From: Nageia nagi
Lineage: Eukaryota; Plantae; Pinophyta
Assembly: GCA_050084985.1 (NCBI GenBank)
Contig: JBITNC010000001.1
Coordinates: 28,148,001-28,212,000 of the forward strand
Reading direction: 5' to 3'
DNA length: 64,000 nucleotides
Below, piece after piece: positions 15,001 through 30,000 of this stretch. Position 1 is the stretch's first letter. Each line of letters begins with the position of its first letter. Below the pieces are notes generated by a model that saw only the letters and a list, made by a program, of their open reading frames with translations, ran no database searches and was not told the origin of the DNA. Both the position numbers and the translations under genes were made by a program.

Positions 15001-18000
15001 AATAATAAACAAATATACATTTTAATTAAAATATTTATTTATATAAAAACAATAATATATCTAAAATTCATTTCCAACTTCTAAAGATGTCGAATTTTTT
15101 TAATGGATATTAATTTTTATTATGTCATTTTATTTTTTATAGATATAATTATGAATATCTATCATTAATTATTTAGCATATACTATGTTGAATTTAATCT
15201 CAAATTTTTTATCAAACTTTAAAGCCTTGTCAAAAAAATTTCGAACTTTATAACTTGTCGAACAAGAATGTAATAACACAAGTAATAAGGATAAGAGTTG
15301 AAATTAGCCCTAGTTCATGATCACTTTCTTATAAAATTAATAGAGGAATAAAGACGAAAAAGTTTAAACACAGTTGCTGGGTCTTAAAAAAATTACACTT
15401 GCACACACATGGTGTTAAAATGCAGTTGTTTTCATCAAAAATGTAGTTGTTTTCATCAATAACATAATTGTTTTCAGCAATACTCTGTTCTTCCATTTCT
15501 ACCATATAATTCTGATGGAATTCCAGAACCATCCACAGTTCACCAAGTTTTCTAAATTAAGCATTAATTATGAAATATATGTCAAGCATATGCATAACAT
15601 TTTTATTAGTTCTACAAAGCAAATTCAACAGTTTCCTATCATTTGAAGAATCAAATCCCTCCAAACATTGCAACACCTGATATAACTGGGGAATCTAACT
15701 TGAATGAGATATTTTCAAACAATTCCTTTTCAACATATGTAGTACTATTTACATGCAATAGTTCACAAGGAAATACAACTAGTCCACGAGAATTAAAATA
15801 TGACCTGGCACATGAGGTGATACTCTCCATCTTCAGGATTTATTCCAAAATCTCCTGAAACTTCCAGTGGCACCTCACCAAAAATGCAGCTTGCATTGTG
15901 TAAAAAATATTCGCTGGCCTTGAAAGCATAAGCTTCCATGTAGAGCCTAATATTCCAAGAAACTGTGTCAAAATACTAAAAGGGATTTTCTGCTTGATTC
16001 ATTCGAGGTAACTATGATATCAAAACAAAATATTACTTTCTCGTTTCTGAATCTTATAGACAAAGCAATAAATTCAAATCATAAAATTTGACCGAAAGAA
16101 ATATTAAGAAAACCATGTAATGAAATAAACGAGCTAATCATCATCCTTAAAGTGCATGACACAGTCACTGCAGAGACTTCATTAGTATAGATTGGAAAGT
16201 AAGGATTTCCTTGAAATGCTGCCTAGGGCCAGCAATGAATACAGAGACCTCAACTGTGTGATGTCCCAAATATTTTCCAGCCTTGTACATATTTTAATTT
16301 CATGTTTTAGAGTGTTATAGGGTGTTCTTTAGCAAGATTTGCTAAATATGATGTAAATACTTGTTTTAGTATTGTTAATTTTATGTTTAGTCATATTTTG
16401 GATAAATTCCAAGTGTATATAATACCTTGGCAACTGTAAATCCGAAATTCACAAATCCCAAGTCTATTTTGTGGATAAGGTTGTGAGTTTGTGGATAAAG
16501 ATTGAGGCTCTAGGCATTAAGTTATCTAGAATTCTACATCTTATCCTCAAGATATAAAATACCTGTATGATCATTATGGGGCTCTAAAACTGCTCCAGCC
16601 AGCCAAACGTCAGCCATAAAGACCATTGCCAGCCAAATTGAGGTTATCTACAGTCTCCTAAATCCTGACGTCACACCTGCCAGGTCATTCCAGCCAAGAT
16701 GTCATCATTTTAGGGCACATATCTGCCAAATGTGGGCCCATTTCAGCTTGCCCAACCATCAAATACAGTTTAGGGGCCTCTCTAACCCTAAACATGGGGT
16801 CTCTAGGCTGAGTTGAAGCCTTTATAACTCTAACATTAACCCTCATGATGGAGATTTGTGTTTAATGCATGTGTGAGGCAAGATTTCATCATTTCCAAGG
16901 GCAGATCTCAATCATTTCCAGCCATTGATCAGATCTGATGGTCGAGGATCAATTTGCAGATTAGGGTTGCAAGATATATATGTGAGGAGGTGCTCATTTG
17001 CACTCACATTGGTGAATATTATTTTGATAATCATTTTGGACAATTTGTTGTAGCTAGCAATTTGTATTCGGCTCTTGAAGAGTGGACAAACTACAGGAGA
17101 AGGAATCCTAAGAGCACTACAACCTCTTAGAGGCTTTTTGGTTTCAATTCCATTGAAACCCCAAAGCTCACACATTCTTTAGGGAAAATTAATAGAGAGT
17201 TTGCATTGGTGCTTCAATAGACAAATCAGTTGGATAAATCAGATCTACAATACCTCACTCCAAGGTGAGAAGATTCTGCCCTAGAAGGGTTTGTTTGTTG
17301 TGTAAAGATTACATCAGGCTTGGAGAGCCCTAGTTTTGCTTCAGTATCAGATCTTGGCCATTTCTAGACAAGCCCTTGGTCCTTTGGACAAGATCTAGAG
17401 TTTGTATGGTGAAAAGACTCTGTTTTTCAGTCTCATCTATTGCTCTAAATAGATCTGGACTGTGGGGCCTTTGGCTGTGAAATAAACTCATTCTGCTAAA
17501 AAATCGGATATAGTAATTTCTGTGGTTTGGTTTTTATTTTTCCAATATTTGTGTGTTATTTTGGCAAGTCTTTTACAAACTACTTTTTACAAACCTAATG
17601 CATATCTAACAAAAAAATTAAAAAAAAAACAATGTTAAATTAATTACTTTCTCAGCTATGCAAAGATAAAGTCCTAAAATCTCAGAAACTTGATCTTCAT
17701 GATATCAGCAATCACCAAATGCATTTTTACATTACAAGATAGACCATTCATTACATGTAAAAAAACAAATAATATGATACATAGTACGCACAGAAAAGGA
17801 AGATGGTGAATCCAACACTTGAAATTCTAATTCCTTCACATCAAGTTGACCATGCAGCTTAGGAAATTGTTCACCCCTTGACATGAAAATATGAACCTGT
17901 AAACAGATGAACACAGTAGTGGGATTAGAATAATAATATTTAGTCATTGTCCTACTTCCATGAAGAACCTCTTCTCTAAACTGTTATAACAAAAAAGCCA

Positions 18001-21000
18001 CAAATTTGGCAATAACAAAAATACAAGCAACAATGTCAGCCACAATGGAGTGGAATAGGAAAATATTTACTTTTTCTCACACATTAGGTGCATTTCAATA
18101 AAATGTCAAATACTTTAAAAGCAAAATGTAAAAAGCAAATGAGTAAGCACAACTGTTCCCACACCATAGAAATATGGATGAACACACAAACACACACGCA
18201 GTGATGGTAGCATTTAGACATTATAAGCCATGCATGTTGATGTAACAATGGTAAATTGAAAAAATCTACAAAATGAAGCTGATTCTCAATGTCAGGAACA
18301 CTGGTAAATTCTAAAATATCACAAAACTGAAAACAGCTTTTTGATGAGAGAACAAAATTAGAAAATGAAAAATGAAGACCAGAAATTCACATTCAGAACA
18401 AGAAATACCATCATACAAAACATTTTGAGCATTTCGTTATCCTGAAATTATGGAGTTTTTAGAAACCACCATGGAATAGTTACAGAAAATCCGCAGAGTG
18501 CAAACCATCTCTGTTACACCTTGGAAAAACATTGGCATCAAATATTCCACATACTAACAAGGGCTCAATGTTTCTCCAAACAAGATGTCTTTTCAAAACA
18601 ACTTTCAAAAAACATACAAGACATTTGAGAAGAGTAAAGATAACGAAACTTATTTTAAGGATTAAAAAATGCTCGAAACTATACAACTTAAGAAATTTCC
18701 ATAGCCACATAAATATAACAGACATAAAAACATAAAATAGAATTTTTAATGTTTGATCTTCACCCTATTTAGCTACAGAAAATAATTCAAAAATTTGACT
18801 TCAGAAAACACAAAATAAGGAATAATGTATCAAAATATATAAAATTATATTATGTCTATGAAATGAAAACACGTTGATAGAGATATTCAATACAAGATCT
18901 AGCAATTAGGATTACGCAAATTCCCAAAAGGATGTACAAACAAGACTTATCTGAATTTCATAGTTTGAAGCCAAGTTTGTGAGCAGCTTGTGATCTTGGA
19001 GGACAAATCTTGGTATTCTAGAGCGAACAAATGATAGACTTTAGCAACACTGGACTACGATCAATTTGGCAAACTTCAATTGATGCATCCTACTGGATTT
19101 TGAACGAATCTAGGGTTCACCTTGGAAGATTTTGCTTCAATAGCTACAAATCTGACTCAAGGAAATATTGGAGAAGAATATGATCAATCATACAAAAGAT
19201 GTTAGCGTTAAGGCTTTTGGAAGTAGGAGTATGTACAATCTTGGACATGAAATCCCAAGATGATCAAATGAGCATTTGCTTTTTGCTTTATAGGCTAATT
19301 TTGAGTTCACCAAGTTGGACCCATCAAGGCTGACTTGTGCATGAGATAACACTAAATTAGAGGATTTTGCTTAAATTAACCTAGATTAGTCCAAAGTAAG
19401 CAAAAAATGGCATTTTGAATAAGTCAAGTAAATCACTTTATTTGCCATTTCAAATAGATAAAATGCAATTATAAGTTTCTACAGTTTGCCCTTATAGGGA
19501 TGTGGTTGAAAAAGAGAACTCATACCACATTCATAAAATAAAAAGGATATAAAGTGAACCTTGTACAATTGCCCCTGTTAAGATTCTTCAAGAAAATGCT
19601 ATACAAAATAAAATGAATTGAAGAAAGCATAGAATGATCAAAACTAGTCATGATTTGAATCAAGACCCATCTTGGTCCCAAGGACTAAAAACGTTAGACA
19701 AAAGCATGGATGAACATGTTATATGAGAGTGAAGAAATGAAACTTGACTGCAACTTTTGCTTTGGCCTACATGTGAAGACTTACACTGAACATGGAGTAC
19801 AAAAAATTGTTTGAGACCAGCAAAATAAAGATAAATTGTAGGAGCATGTTGCCTATTATGAATGGTTAACTAGGGACATGATAACTCTTGATCATGTTGC
19901 TTATCTGAGTTGCCCCTTGCATTGGGTAGTTCTAATTAAGTTCTGGTTGTGGATGATGTCCAATTGAGTATCCTGCAAGAACAGAAATGTCATATTTACA
20001 AAACATTTTAAGTAAAATTTGTTAGTGCAATTGGATCTAAAGATGATCATGATTGGGTAGAATAGAAGGATAGATTCAATTGATGTCAAAGCATGCAAAT
20101 GGCCCAAATTTGCCCCAAAAGCCAAAAAGTTATCTTTTTGGTACCTCTACATCAGAATGTTGACATTTTGGGCCCATGGTCCCAAAACATGGATGTTCTA
20201 GGATTCGTGATAAAATGCCTTGAAATTTGCACCAAGGTTGTGTGGGATATGTTGAATGTGTGTTCAATTTCCAAAATTGGTATCTAAATTGGCAGATTTT
20301 AGTGCTAATGTGAAGGTGCATATTCAGAAATGATTACGTTGTTCAAATCCAGATACTTTTTCATGGTGGTGCCTATGAGATGATTTAGCTTGTGATATGC
20401 CCAAAACTCACAATTGTGCTTATATGGCTAATCTAGAGAGCATGTTAGATACACTTTTGACAATGTAAACCATAGTAGCCAGATTCGGACTTGGTGAGCT
20501 TGTTAACTCTGGATAACACAACCAAAAAACCCATAAAATATATATATTTTCCAATATTAAAAATATTTTTATTAAAAATAATAATAATAGAATCAATATT
20601 TACTTTTCCTCAAAAAATTATATTTAATAGATAAATTTTTCATTTTTTAAAATAAAATAAGATAAAATAAAACAATTTTATTTTTTAATTTTATGCAATA
20701 AAAAAACATAATCAATTTAAATTAAAATAAATTATTTTAATAAACAAAATAAATAAATAACATAATCAAAATAAACAATTAATAATGTTATCTAGATAAA
20801 CAAATTAAATAAATAACATAACCAAATTAAATAAATAACATTTGATTATGTTATCTAAAAAAAGCACTCTAGTTGGCCCACATAGGGCTGCCTTAGCATG
20901 CCCTTAGACATGTTATTTTCTTTTCTTTTATCCTTTGTTATGCTCGCCCTTTTTTTTCATTTTTTTATGCTCGATTATGTTTTTTTTTTCATTTTTTATG

Positions 21001-24000
21001 CTCACCCACGTAGTTAACGCCGAGAGGCGTTCTCTAGCTACAGTACAAGGGCGGAGTGGGGAGTCAAATGTAGCATGTGAGTCCGTCTGTTAAACGTCGA
21101 TTTCAATATTTAAAAAAAACTTAATTTACTTTATTATTTAAAAAATAAAGTCGGTTTTAAAAATATAATTTTAACATTAGAATAGCATATAAAATAAATA
21201 GCATATAACATTAAATAAAATAAATTAATATATAATATAAATAAATTAATATATAAATTAATAAATTAACATTAAAATAAATACCAAGAAATGGGATAGC
21301 CTTATGGGGAATGATATCTTTCAAAAAACTCATGAATACTCACACATTTGCTAAAGACCATGTGCGAACCATGTGCGAGTTACTTATTTAGGTTGACTTG
21401 ATTTGCATACCAACAAGTAAATCAATTACTTGTCGAGTTTGATTACTATGATGCAAACGTATGATAATGAAAATAAATAATATCTAAAAAGTTAATGATA
21501 ATGCAAACAAAAGAATCCAGATTTGGATGTGGAATCAATTAAGAAGGTTTATGGAGAATTATTTGCTAAAGAAAATAGAATCAATGACACAAAAAAGGAT
21601 TTTTAATTAGGGAAACAGAAGACTTTGGATGATGGTGGGCACAAACACACAGCTAGAAGTAGCAAAAGAAGATGATATCTTGTAATGCTAGGGGAATGAA
21701 TGCCCTTAACAGACAAAGGTTGGTTAAAATTTTTATAAAAGATAATCAACCTAATGTTTTTCTTATTCAAGAAACTAAATTAAATTTTCTACCATGGGAA
21801 GAAAATAAACAAAGTATTTGGAAAAGAGACTAATTTGTCGATTAGAAGCAAGAGGAGCTTCAAGATGCCTCTTGACTTTGTGGAATCCATAATTTTTTGA
21901 TGGTAAAGAGATTTAGAGAAGATAATTAGCTAACAATTCTTTTAACTTTTAAATCCCCAGCTTTGTTTTGTTTAGTCACAAATGTTTATGCCCCTAATTG
22001 CTGCAAGGAAAGCAAAGATTTATGGAAAGAATAAGAACAAATTTGTCTATCTGCAATAGGGATTAGGTGGATGGTTGTAGGAGATTTCAACATCCTTTTA
22101 ATACCTTGGAAAAAAAAGGGTACGATTCAAGGTTTCTTAGATAATATGGAGAAATTGATTGAATTTATCACTAAGAATGGTATTCTAGATGTTGCGCTTG
22201 GAATAAAATTCACACAGACTAATAGAAGGGTAGAGGCTAACTTTCGCCGAGTTAGATTGGATAGACTTCTTTTATCCATGGAGTGGCTTGATGGCAATTG
22301 TGATCACTTATTTTATCCAATTTACATTTCTTTTATCCAAGTTAGATTTCATTCTTGTATTGTATCATTCGGCAATAGCAATAGCAAGAGATACTGCTCT
22401 GCAACTTTTCTATGTATGGTGTGTTTCAATTTTTGGGCATGTATGTATGAGAAAACACTTGCAGATATTTTTATAAATGATATGGAGCAAAACCAAGGAG
22501 ATATTTGTCTATTTGGTGGCATTTTAACAAGGTGGGTATTCATTAGTTTTACATTTTATGCATTCGTTAAAGAGTTATTGATGGTTTTCTCAAACTGCCC
22601 CTTTTTTGGATCAATTTGTTTTTGGAGGCTATAACTTTCGTTCTAGACCTTATTTTGATGTGATTATTTTTGTGTTGTATAGCTAGCTTCAATATCTTTC
22701 CAACCATATATAACATGCCATACTTTATTGGCACATCACACTCAAAATCCAGGATTTTCTGACCTGCACTTATGCAATCCTACTCAAGAAGACCCATGAA
22801 GTGTTTCAATTCCAGCTGAGTTTTGACTCATCTATTCTTCTATATATAGCCTGCACTTTTCACCATTTGATAGCCTTTTTCAATACCTTTCCAATGGTAT
22901 ATAACACTCATATCTATATCGGACCCAGATTTTGTCTCCATATAGAACCCAGATTTTAGATTTTGTATCTATTCCGGACCCGGATTTAGTATTACTGATG
23001 TCATCTTCAAAAAACGTCAAGCATCATACAAAATATTGTCCACAATATCTTCCCGGAAACTTCAATGTATGTTCCTAGGCCACAATATCTACCCTAGATA
23101 CTTCACTATTCGTTCTCATATCACTCTATTGACACCAGAAACTTCTAAATCTTCATCACTATGGCTAGCAAACAATTTATGACCATGCAAGATAAATCTT
23201 GGCTTTCTGAAGCGAGCGAATAATAGACTTAGCAATATTGGGCTGGTTTTGGCTCCTAGACTAGGTTCGAGATCAATCTAGCCTAGGGGCCACACTGCCC
23301 AAGTTTTCAAATAACAAAAACACTGTCTAAAACGTCCATGTTATGGGATTTGTCAAATTCCAAATCATAGCAAACTTCGATTGATGGATCCTGTTGGATT
23401 TGGCATGTATATAGGGTTTGCCTTGCCTATACTTTGATACCTAAAAATCTGACTCAAGGAAAAACATGGAGAACAATATGATATGTTAAAATTAGGGCCT
23501 TTAGAAGGAGTATATAGAACCTTGGGTGAGAAAATCCATGATCAAATGAGCATTTGTTTTTTTTTTTGCTTTATATAGACCTGAGAAGTCTGATTTTGAG
23601 TTCACCTAGTTTGACTCACCTAGGCTAATGTGTGCATGCGATAATTGTAAATTAGAAGATTTTGCTAACATTAACCTACAATTCCAAATTGGCATTTTTG
23701 CATAAATCAAGTAAATAATTTTAGATATAGTTAGAATGTCATTTTAAGCACTACAATGTCCATGAATGATGGGCGTAGATCAATGGGATTCATACATTTA
23801 CAATAGAAAAGTACACATGTAAATTTCTTGGTAAAAAAAGCACAATATTGAAAACAAAGTTGGGTGTTGCTTATAATGACTAGAAGCCTAAATTGTCATG
23901 AAAAGAGAGTATATTACTGTCCACAAATGGCCAAAAGCGATCAATGGGACTAACAAGTACAATCATCCACATAGTGCTAGCACAAACAAACACACGGTTA

Positions 24001-27000
24001 CTTGGTTGTCATCCCCATCCTAGACAAACATTTTTGGGGCTTGGGAACATCCCTAGATATACTTAAAGGAATCAATAGCCTCAAAATTGAGAGTAAGAGA
24101 TAGACTCTCAGAATATGATTTGTAAAGTTGGACTTCTAGAAAGACATGAGAAAAGTATTTCTTAATAGAAAGTCTGACAAGCACTTTTATGAGGAGCAAA
24201 TTTGACATCATTCAAGGAAGGTGGCAAAGGTTAATAGCTTCTCCATATGGCAATATATGCAATAAACACAAAGGATTATGCATTTGTGCCAGGAACTGTC
24301 TCCAAATGAGGATAAAGCGATGAGAAAAAGCTTATTTTAATAATAAGGATAACACATCCAAAATATGAGGAACAGGAGTTCCATACTCAAATCATAAAAG
24401 TTCATTGTAATGCAAAATGCCCTTTATCAATCGAAGGTTGCAAGATAAATTGATGAGAATGAGGAACTCAAAAATTTGATCCAAAAAATGACTAAAATAC
24501 ATATTGCTCCAAAGAAGTCAAAGATAAAGCTGAAAACAAGCAAAAGCAGTTTCTAGAAGGATAGAAAACAAAGGGTAGAGATAACTCTAATAACATTTGG
24601 CAATTTAGCATTCTTCACTGCAAGCAAAAAGACTATAATCTTTACAGATTTACAATAACATCCATAAAGAATTCCAGCAGCCAAGAAGCAATATCAAAAC
24701 ATGATTATCAATGTGCCAAATAGAACTGAACAAAGGTAAGCCTGCAACCCATCCCACATGTTAGCCGAGGACCAACACAATTTGTACTTATGGCCTTCAT
24801 CTAAAATTCAAAATAAACATCATGAAACACATCCAAAGCAAAATCCAAATGAATGATCCTCGAGACAAGCTTAGACCAATATCATAGTGAAATAGCAATA
24901 AAATGATACATCTCAACACAACCTAGAATTAATCCATCCATCCATTTGATACATCTCAAAATGATACATTTGATAGTAAGTTCAAGCAAATGAAAAAAGG
25001 AATTAGGATGGCAAACCTCGCATGAAACTGTATAGTAAATCAAGCCAATTAGTTGGTATAGGTGAGAAAAAATGAATGACCCTATCCATATAACAGCATA
25101 CACAATGAACCCCAAGTGTTATGTATTTAAGGATAGGGAATGTATTGTTAATTATTTGTAGAGCATACAACAAATCACACTATCAATGGGAGTGATAACA
25201 AATTCTTTTGATACACTAAAAGAGAGCATAGAAGAAATCAAGGGCTGCATATAGTGATAACAGTAATGGGCAGCATGGCATGGAAAGATGTTAGTAAGGA
25301 ATAAGAAAGTAAAGTTACCGTGATCAAAGAAGAGAAGCTATTGATTTGTAGTGTTTGTAAGAACTAAACAATTGAACAATTACAAACATGAGATTATATT
25401 CACTGTATTAGATGAATTTCATAATGTGTCACTTGTAGATCCTATTCCAAGTTCTTTTCTCTCTGCATTAGACTACATAACATTAAAATCGGTAAAATAG
25501 TGTATAATTAAAGCAAAAGACACCATCAAGAATACCACTTACAAAATGATATTCAATGCCACTTCTTTTCCATGCTACAACAGGTTTAGACTCAGTGATG
25601 TAATGCACAAGCACCTTGTACCAAAGGAATTTAAGTTTGTTGATCCCTATCATACACAACAGAACGATATCTCTACTCAACTATCACCTTATAAATTCAA
25701 CTGACTAGTAGCGTTCAAACATTCATTCAAGATGACAAATAATATTTTTGTTTTATAATTTTACTGTTTTATTTAACGCTTCAATAATATAAATGCACTC
25801 AGATTACTTATTCCCTTGTATGCATATCCCTTTTTAAATAAAACTACTAGTTTTGACTTCAGTATGTCACCTTCGATTGTTAGGCATGCCAAATATGTGC
25901 TACATTCAATGATTGAGTGCATGACAATCATTCTTCTTTAAATCGCATTAACCTACATGGATAAGACGATCATTTCCTATTCAAACTGTTCAACAGAAAT
26001 ATCTCTACAATCAAAGTCAAAACCAGAGAAAGTTCCGAAGAGCACCTTTCCGCTGGCCCTACCATTTGACCAAGCAATCGGAATCTCCAATAACCTTTCA
26101 AAAAGCTGTAGAAAATGAAAGGGGGAAGAAAGTTTAGACCCACAATCTCAAAATACATTACAATTAATTTCAAAATGCATGTCATTCATTTACTCAGAAT
26201 AACACCCAATCAAAAAACAACAAGCTACATAGGCTGAAACTTCATGTTCATCAATATAAAAATGGATAATACATGCACAATATAGGAAGAGACGAGAAAC
26301 TAACTGGAGCAAAGAGATTCATCGCCTGTATGGTAACATGCCAATTCTGTTGTGGGTAATCAACAAATGCATTCACAAACAATTCCCCTCCATCCCTTGA
26401 TCGACAAGCAGTACGCCATTCTTTTGGCCTCCCACTTAATTGTAATTTTACCCGTTCATGTTTGGTTTGAAAGTTCAAGTGTCCATTGACATTCTCCATT
26501 ATCCTACGTAAAGCAAACATACTACAAACATCAATATCTTATCTGATAAACAACAAAAACTTAATATTACTCTCAAGACGACCAAGAATCCAGATAAATC
26601 TTGAATCTAGTAAGTATCAAGTCAAACTCTTAACAGAGCAAAGAATATATAAACATTTAGAAAAATGTAGACACTACAAATAGAGCAACAAGGATCGCCA
26701 TATAAATCAATACATAAAATAATACATAACCATTTTTATATGTCAAGAACAATCGTTTGCATCTTGAGAAATGACCAAACTTTAGTGACCAATCCCAGTC
26801 AAATGTACTTGTAAAATATGTAAAAGTCTAGAGTTTCTAAACTATTTTAAATAATTCATGAAACAAAGCCATGGAACAGAACTTCAAGTTAACAAAGAAA
26901 GAAATAATCAAGGTTATGCAGAAATACATTCCCCCCTCTAGGGGAGGCATTCCCGGGAACTTGGAAGCACCATGGGGAATGCCCATAACCATTCCCCATG

Positions 27001-30000
27001 GCTATGGATAGCCAACCACTTTAGAAAAAATTCAATCTCAAATTTAGAAAAAAAAGATGCAAAATAGATTGGGGGTGAGACCCACCAATGTCCTCAACCC
27101 TTCCAAACCTTAAAATGACTTATATATTCATTACAAAACAAAAATAAAAATTTGAAAATTCTGTGCCGAGGCATTCCCCAAAAATGACCTCCCTCGTTCC
27201 TTGTTCCTAGGAACGCATTCCCCCATTCCTGAGGCCTTGTGGAATCTTGGAAATAATGTTTCAAAATAATTAAAGCTTACCTAATTAGATGTATGGGCAA
27301 AAACTTCAACTTCATATTGTACATAAAATAAATTTTATTTGCATAACAAATACAAAATTGTTTTTCAAAATAAAAAAGGAAAAGGTTTGAAGAGATAAGA
27401 CAATAATGAACTGGTGTTTCAAAATAACTTCACAACTTGAAACTTTAAAAAAGTGCAAAAATAAACAAATAACACTAACCCCTTTCATCATTTGTCCAAA
27501 CTATAATCTACAATACTACACTTGTGGGCAAAAGATTCCTCTTGGCTATCTTGGATTTTGCTCTTATCAATTACAAGTAGAGACAGATCATCACATTTCT
27601 AGATCCAATAGGATTGGATCTATTGCCTAAGCTTCACTTTTCGAAGTCCTTTCTACAATGAAATTCAAGTAACTATTTCTCATGAAAGGATTTACAAGGT
27701 TAACTTGCAACATTATTTCAATACCCCAACCAAAGGTGCTTGGCTTTGTATCTTCAATAAGCAATCACACAAAGAAACCATACCTTGTAGGCCTCTCGAA
27801 TCAACATATTGATGACGTCCTTCTACCCTCTTATCATAGCTACTAAGGCTCTAAATGCCCTTATAATGCTTCTAGGATCCATGTTAATTACGACCAACTA
27901 GTACAACTATGTATCCCCTCACAAATTGCTATTAAGGTCTCAATGATCTTTCATTTGCACAAGATTGGAAGGACCTATTGTTTCGTTTGTGTGGTTGGAT
28001 CTAATTTACAACAAAACTTGTTAGAAAAGCTGTAATATCCCAAAATAATTCCAGCATTGTAAATATTGTTGTCTTTGTGTTTTAACTTTTACATGTCTTT
28101 AGGCATCATTGAGAGTATTTTGTAATATTTTGTAGTTAAAATAGGAGTTATAAGGTTTTATAAGTGTGTTTTGACAAGTTGAATGTTAGTATATAGGTTA
28201 GTAGAGTTAATTATGGCATTATAAAGGTTGGTTTTTGGTGTCAAAAATAAAACTATATTATAGGCATTTGATAAAGTGACGTTTTGCAAATTATTATTAT
28301 TATTATTATTATTTCTTTGTTGTGTGGGGTCCAATATAACTTAATTGATCTCAACATGAGATTATATCATAGCCGTTGAATCTTATGAGATTGAAATCTA
28401 ATCTTAGCCCTCCATGGTTAAAGCTAAGGCTGAGACTTAATCTCACTTTAAGGTTTGAGAATAAAACGGACTTTAGGGTTTCATTTGTGGGATTGTGAAT
28501 TGAAGAATTTGGAATTTGGGAGAGTTTTGCTCTTTTGGGCTCTTGCATTCTACTGCAAGAGATTGATAGGGTCCCCTTTGGAGAGATCCATTGGAGGGTA
28601 TAGGTGTTAAGCCCTAGAGCTAACTACCCGTTGAAGAGGCAGATCTATCAACGGTTTGCATTGGAGCTTATTGGAGAATTTCAATTGGATTATTTCAAAT
28701 TTCAATGTGAGGGTTTGGAACCCTAGTGTGGTTTTCATGTGATTGCATCCAGCTATGTCGAGATAGTTCGATGTATTCAGATTGTATGCAGCATAAGAGG
28801 TTTTTTGTGTGATTCCAAAGTTTATTTGTCTCCTAGAGGAGAACGCTCAGTCTAGGGTTTCTATTTCATGCAGCTTGGTGGTAAATTTGAGTTGTATATG
28901 GGTTTATCTATCATGTGCCATTTGCAGAATATTTTCAATAAAATTGTGTGGCCAAATCTAGCCATTTGAGGGTTTGGTGTTATTTTTTGAAATGAATTGC
29001 AGATATGGTTTCAATAGTAGATTTTGATTTTATTTGCAAGGGTTTGTCTAATTTTATTTTAAGGTTTTAGAACTATTGTAATAATGAAGTGTGTTTTGTA
29101 TTTCTAGGGTTTGGAATTACCTAAGGTTTCTAATTTATTACTAATTATTTCAGCTAAGGTTTGTAAATTTTGATTTGGCAAATTATAAAAGTTCATACAA
29201 ACCATGGAAACCCAAATAAGATTTATAGAACAATTGCATACAAACCAAAGAATCCATTGAATGCCCAAATGAACATGCATATTACAGTTTTGATATAAAT
29301 TACATATGAAGCTTTTAAACAAGCCTGCATACACACACACCAATAGTTGCATTGAATTTACTCCTATAGTCTCTAACACTCTATTGCAACTCTACTGAAT
29401 ACATGGTCACCCTAATATGCAAATGCATAGCCTCATGGGATATTTAAATTCCTTACATATATCAAAATATCAAGTTTTAAGAACACAACTCATGTTTATT
29501 CAAATATCTACATTACAAAATAAACAAGATTAAACAACACATATGTCCAAGGTTATCATTACTTGATGATTCAGCTTTCACAATTGCCTTCATCACCCAT
29601 GCAAACATCATCTCCATGGTAATCAACTCCCAAACCCGACATTCCTTCTAATATTATTAGGCCTATAATCACTTAGCATCCATCAAGTCTTCATTGTTTT
29701 CAATGACCACTTAACTATCATCATTGTGCCTGATAATATTCCTTGTTGCGTTTGTTAGGTTATTTTCATTATCGTTTAACCCATTATTATCAAAATCGGT
29801 CAATTCAACAAGTAATTGTGAATCAAATCAACATTTTGACACATACAATTAGTCATCAAACAATTCGGTAAATTGTTTACTTGCTAATGTGTTCGATTAA
29901 TCAAGGGCAAAAAATTGAGATTAATCATCAATCCTGAGTAAAAAATTGTCGACATCAAGACAGGTGCAGTAATGAAGTTAAAAACAGAAAAAACTACTTC

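Noticed and set aside
15901-15907. U-UUU-UUA slippery heptamer as a programmed frameshift in TIC236
   Set aside because: It is out of phase for -1 slippage and the needed correction is +1; a homopolymer error is far simpler.
23990-24065. Possible tiny MITE with CATCCC/GGGAAC motifs
   Set aside because: No convincing TIR pair or TSD.
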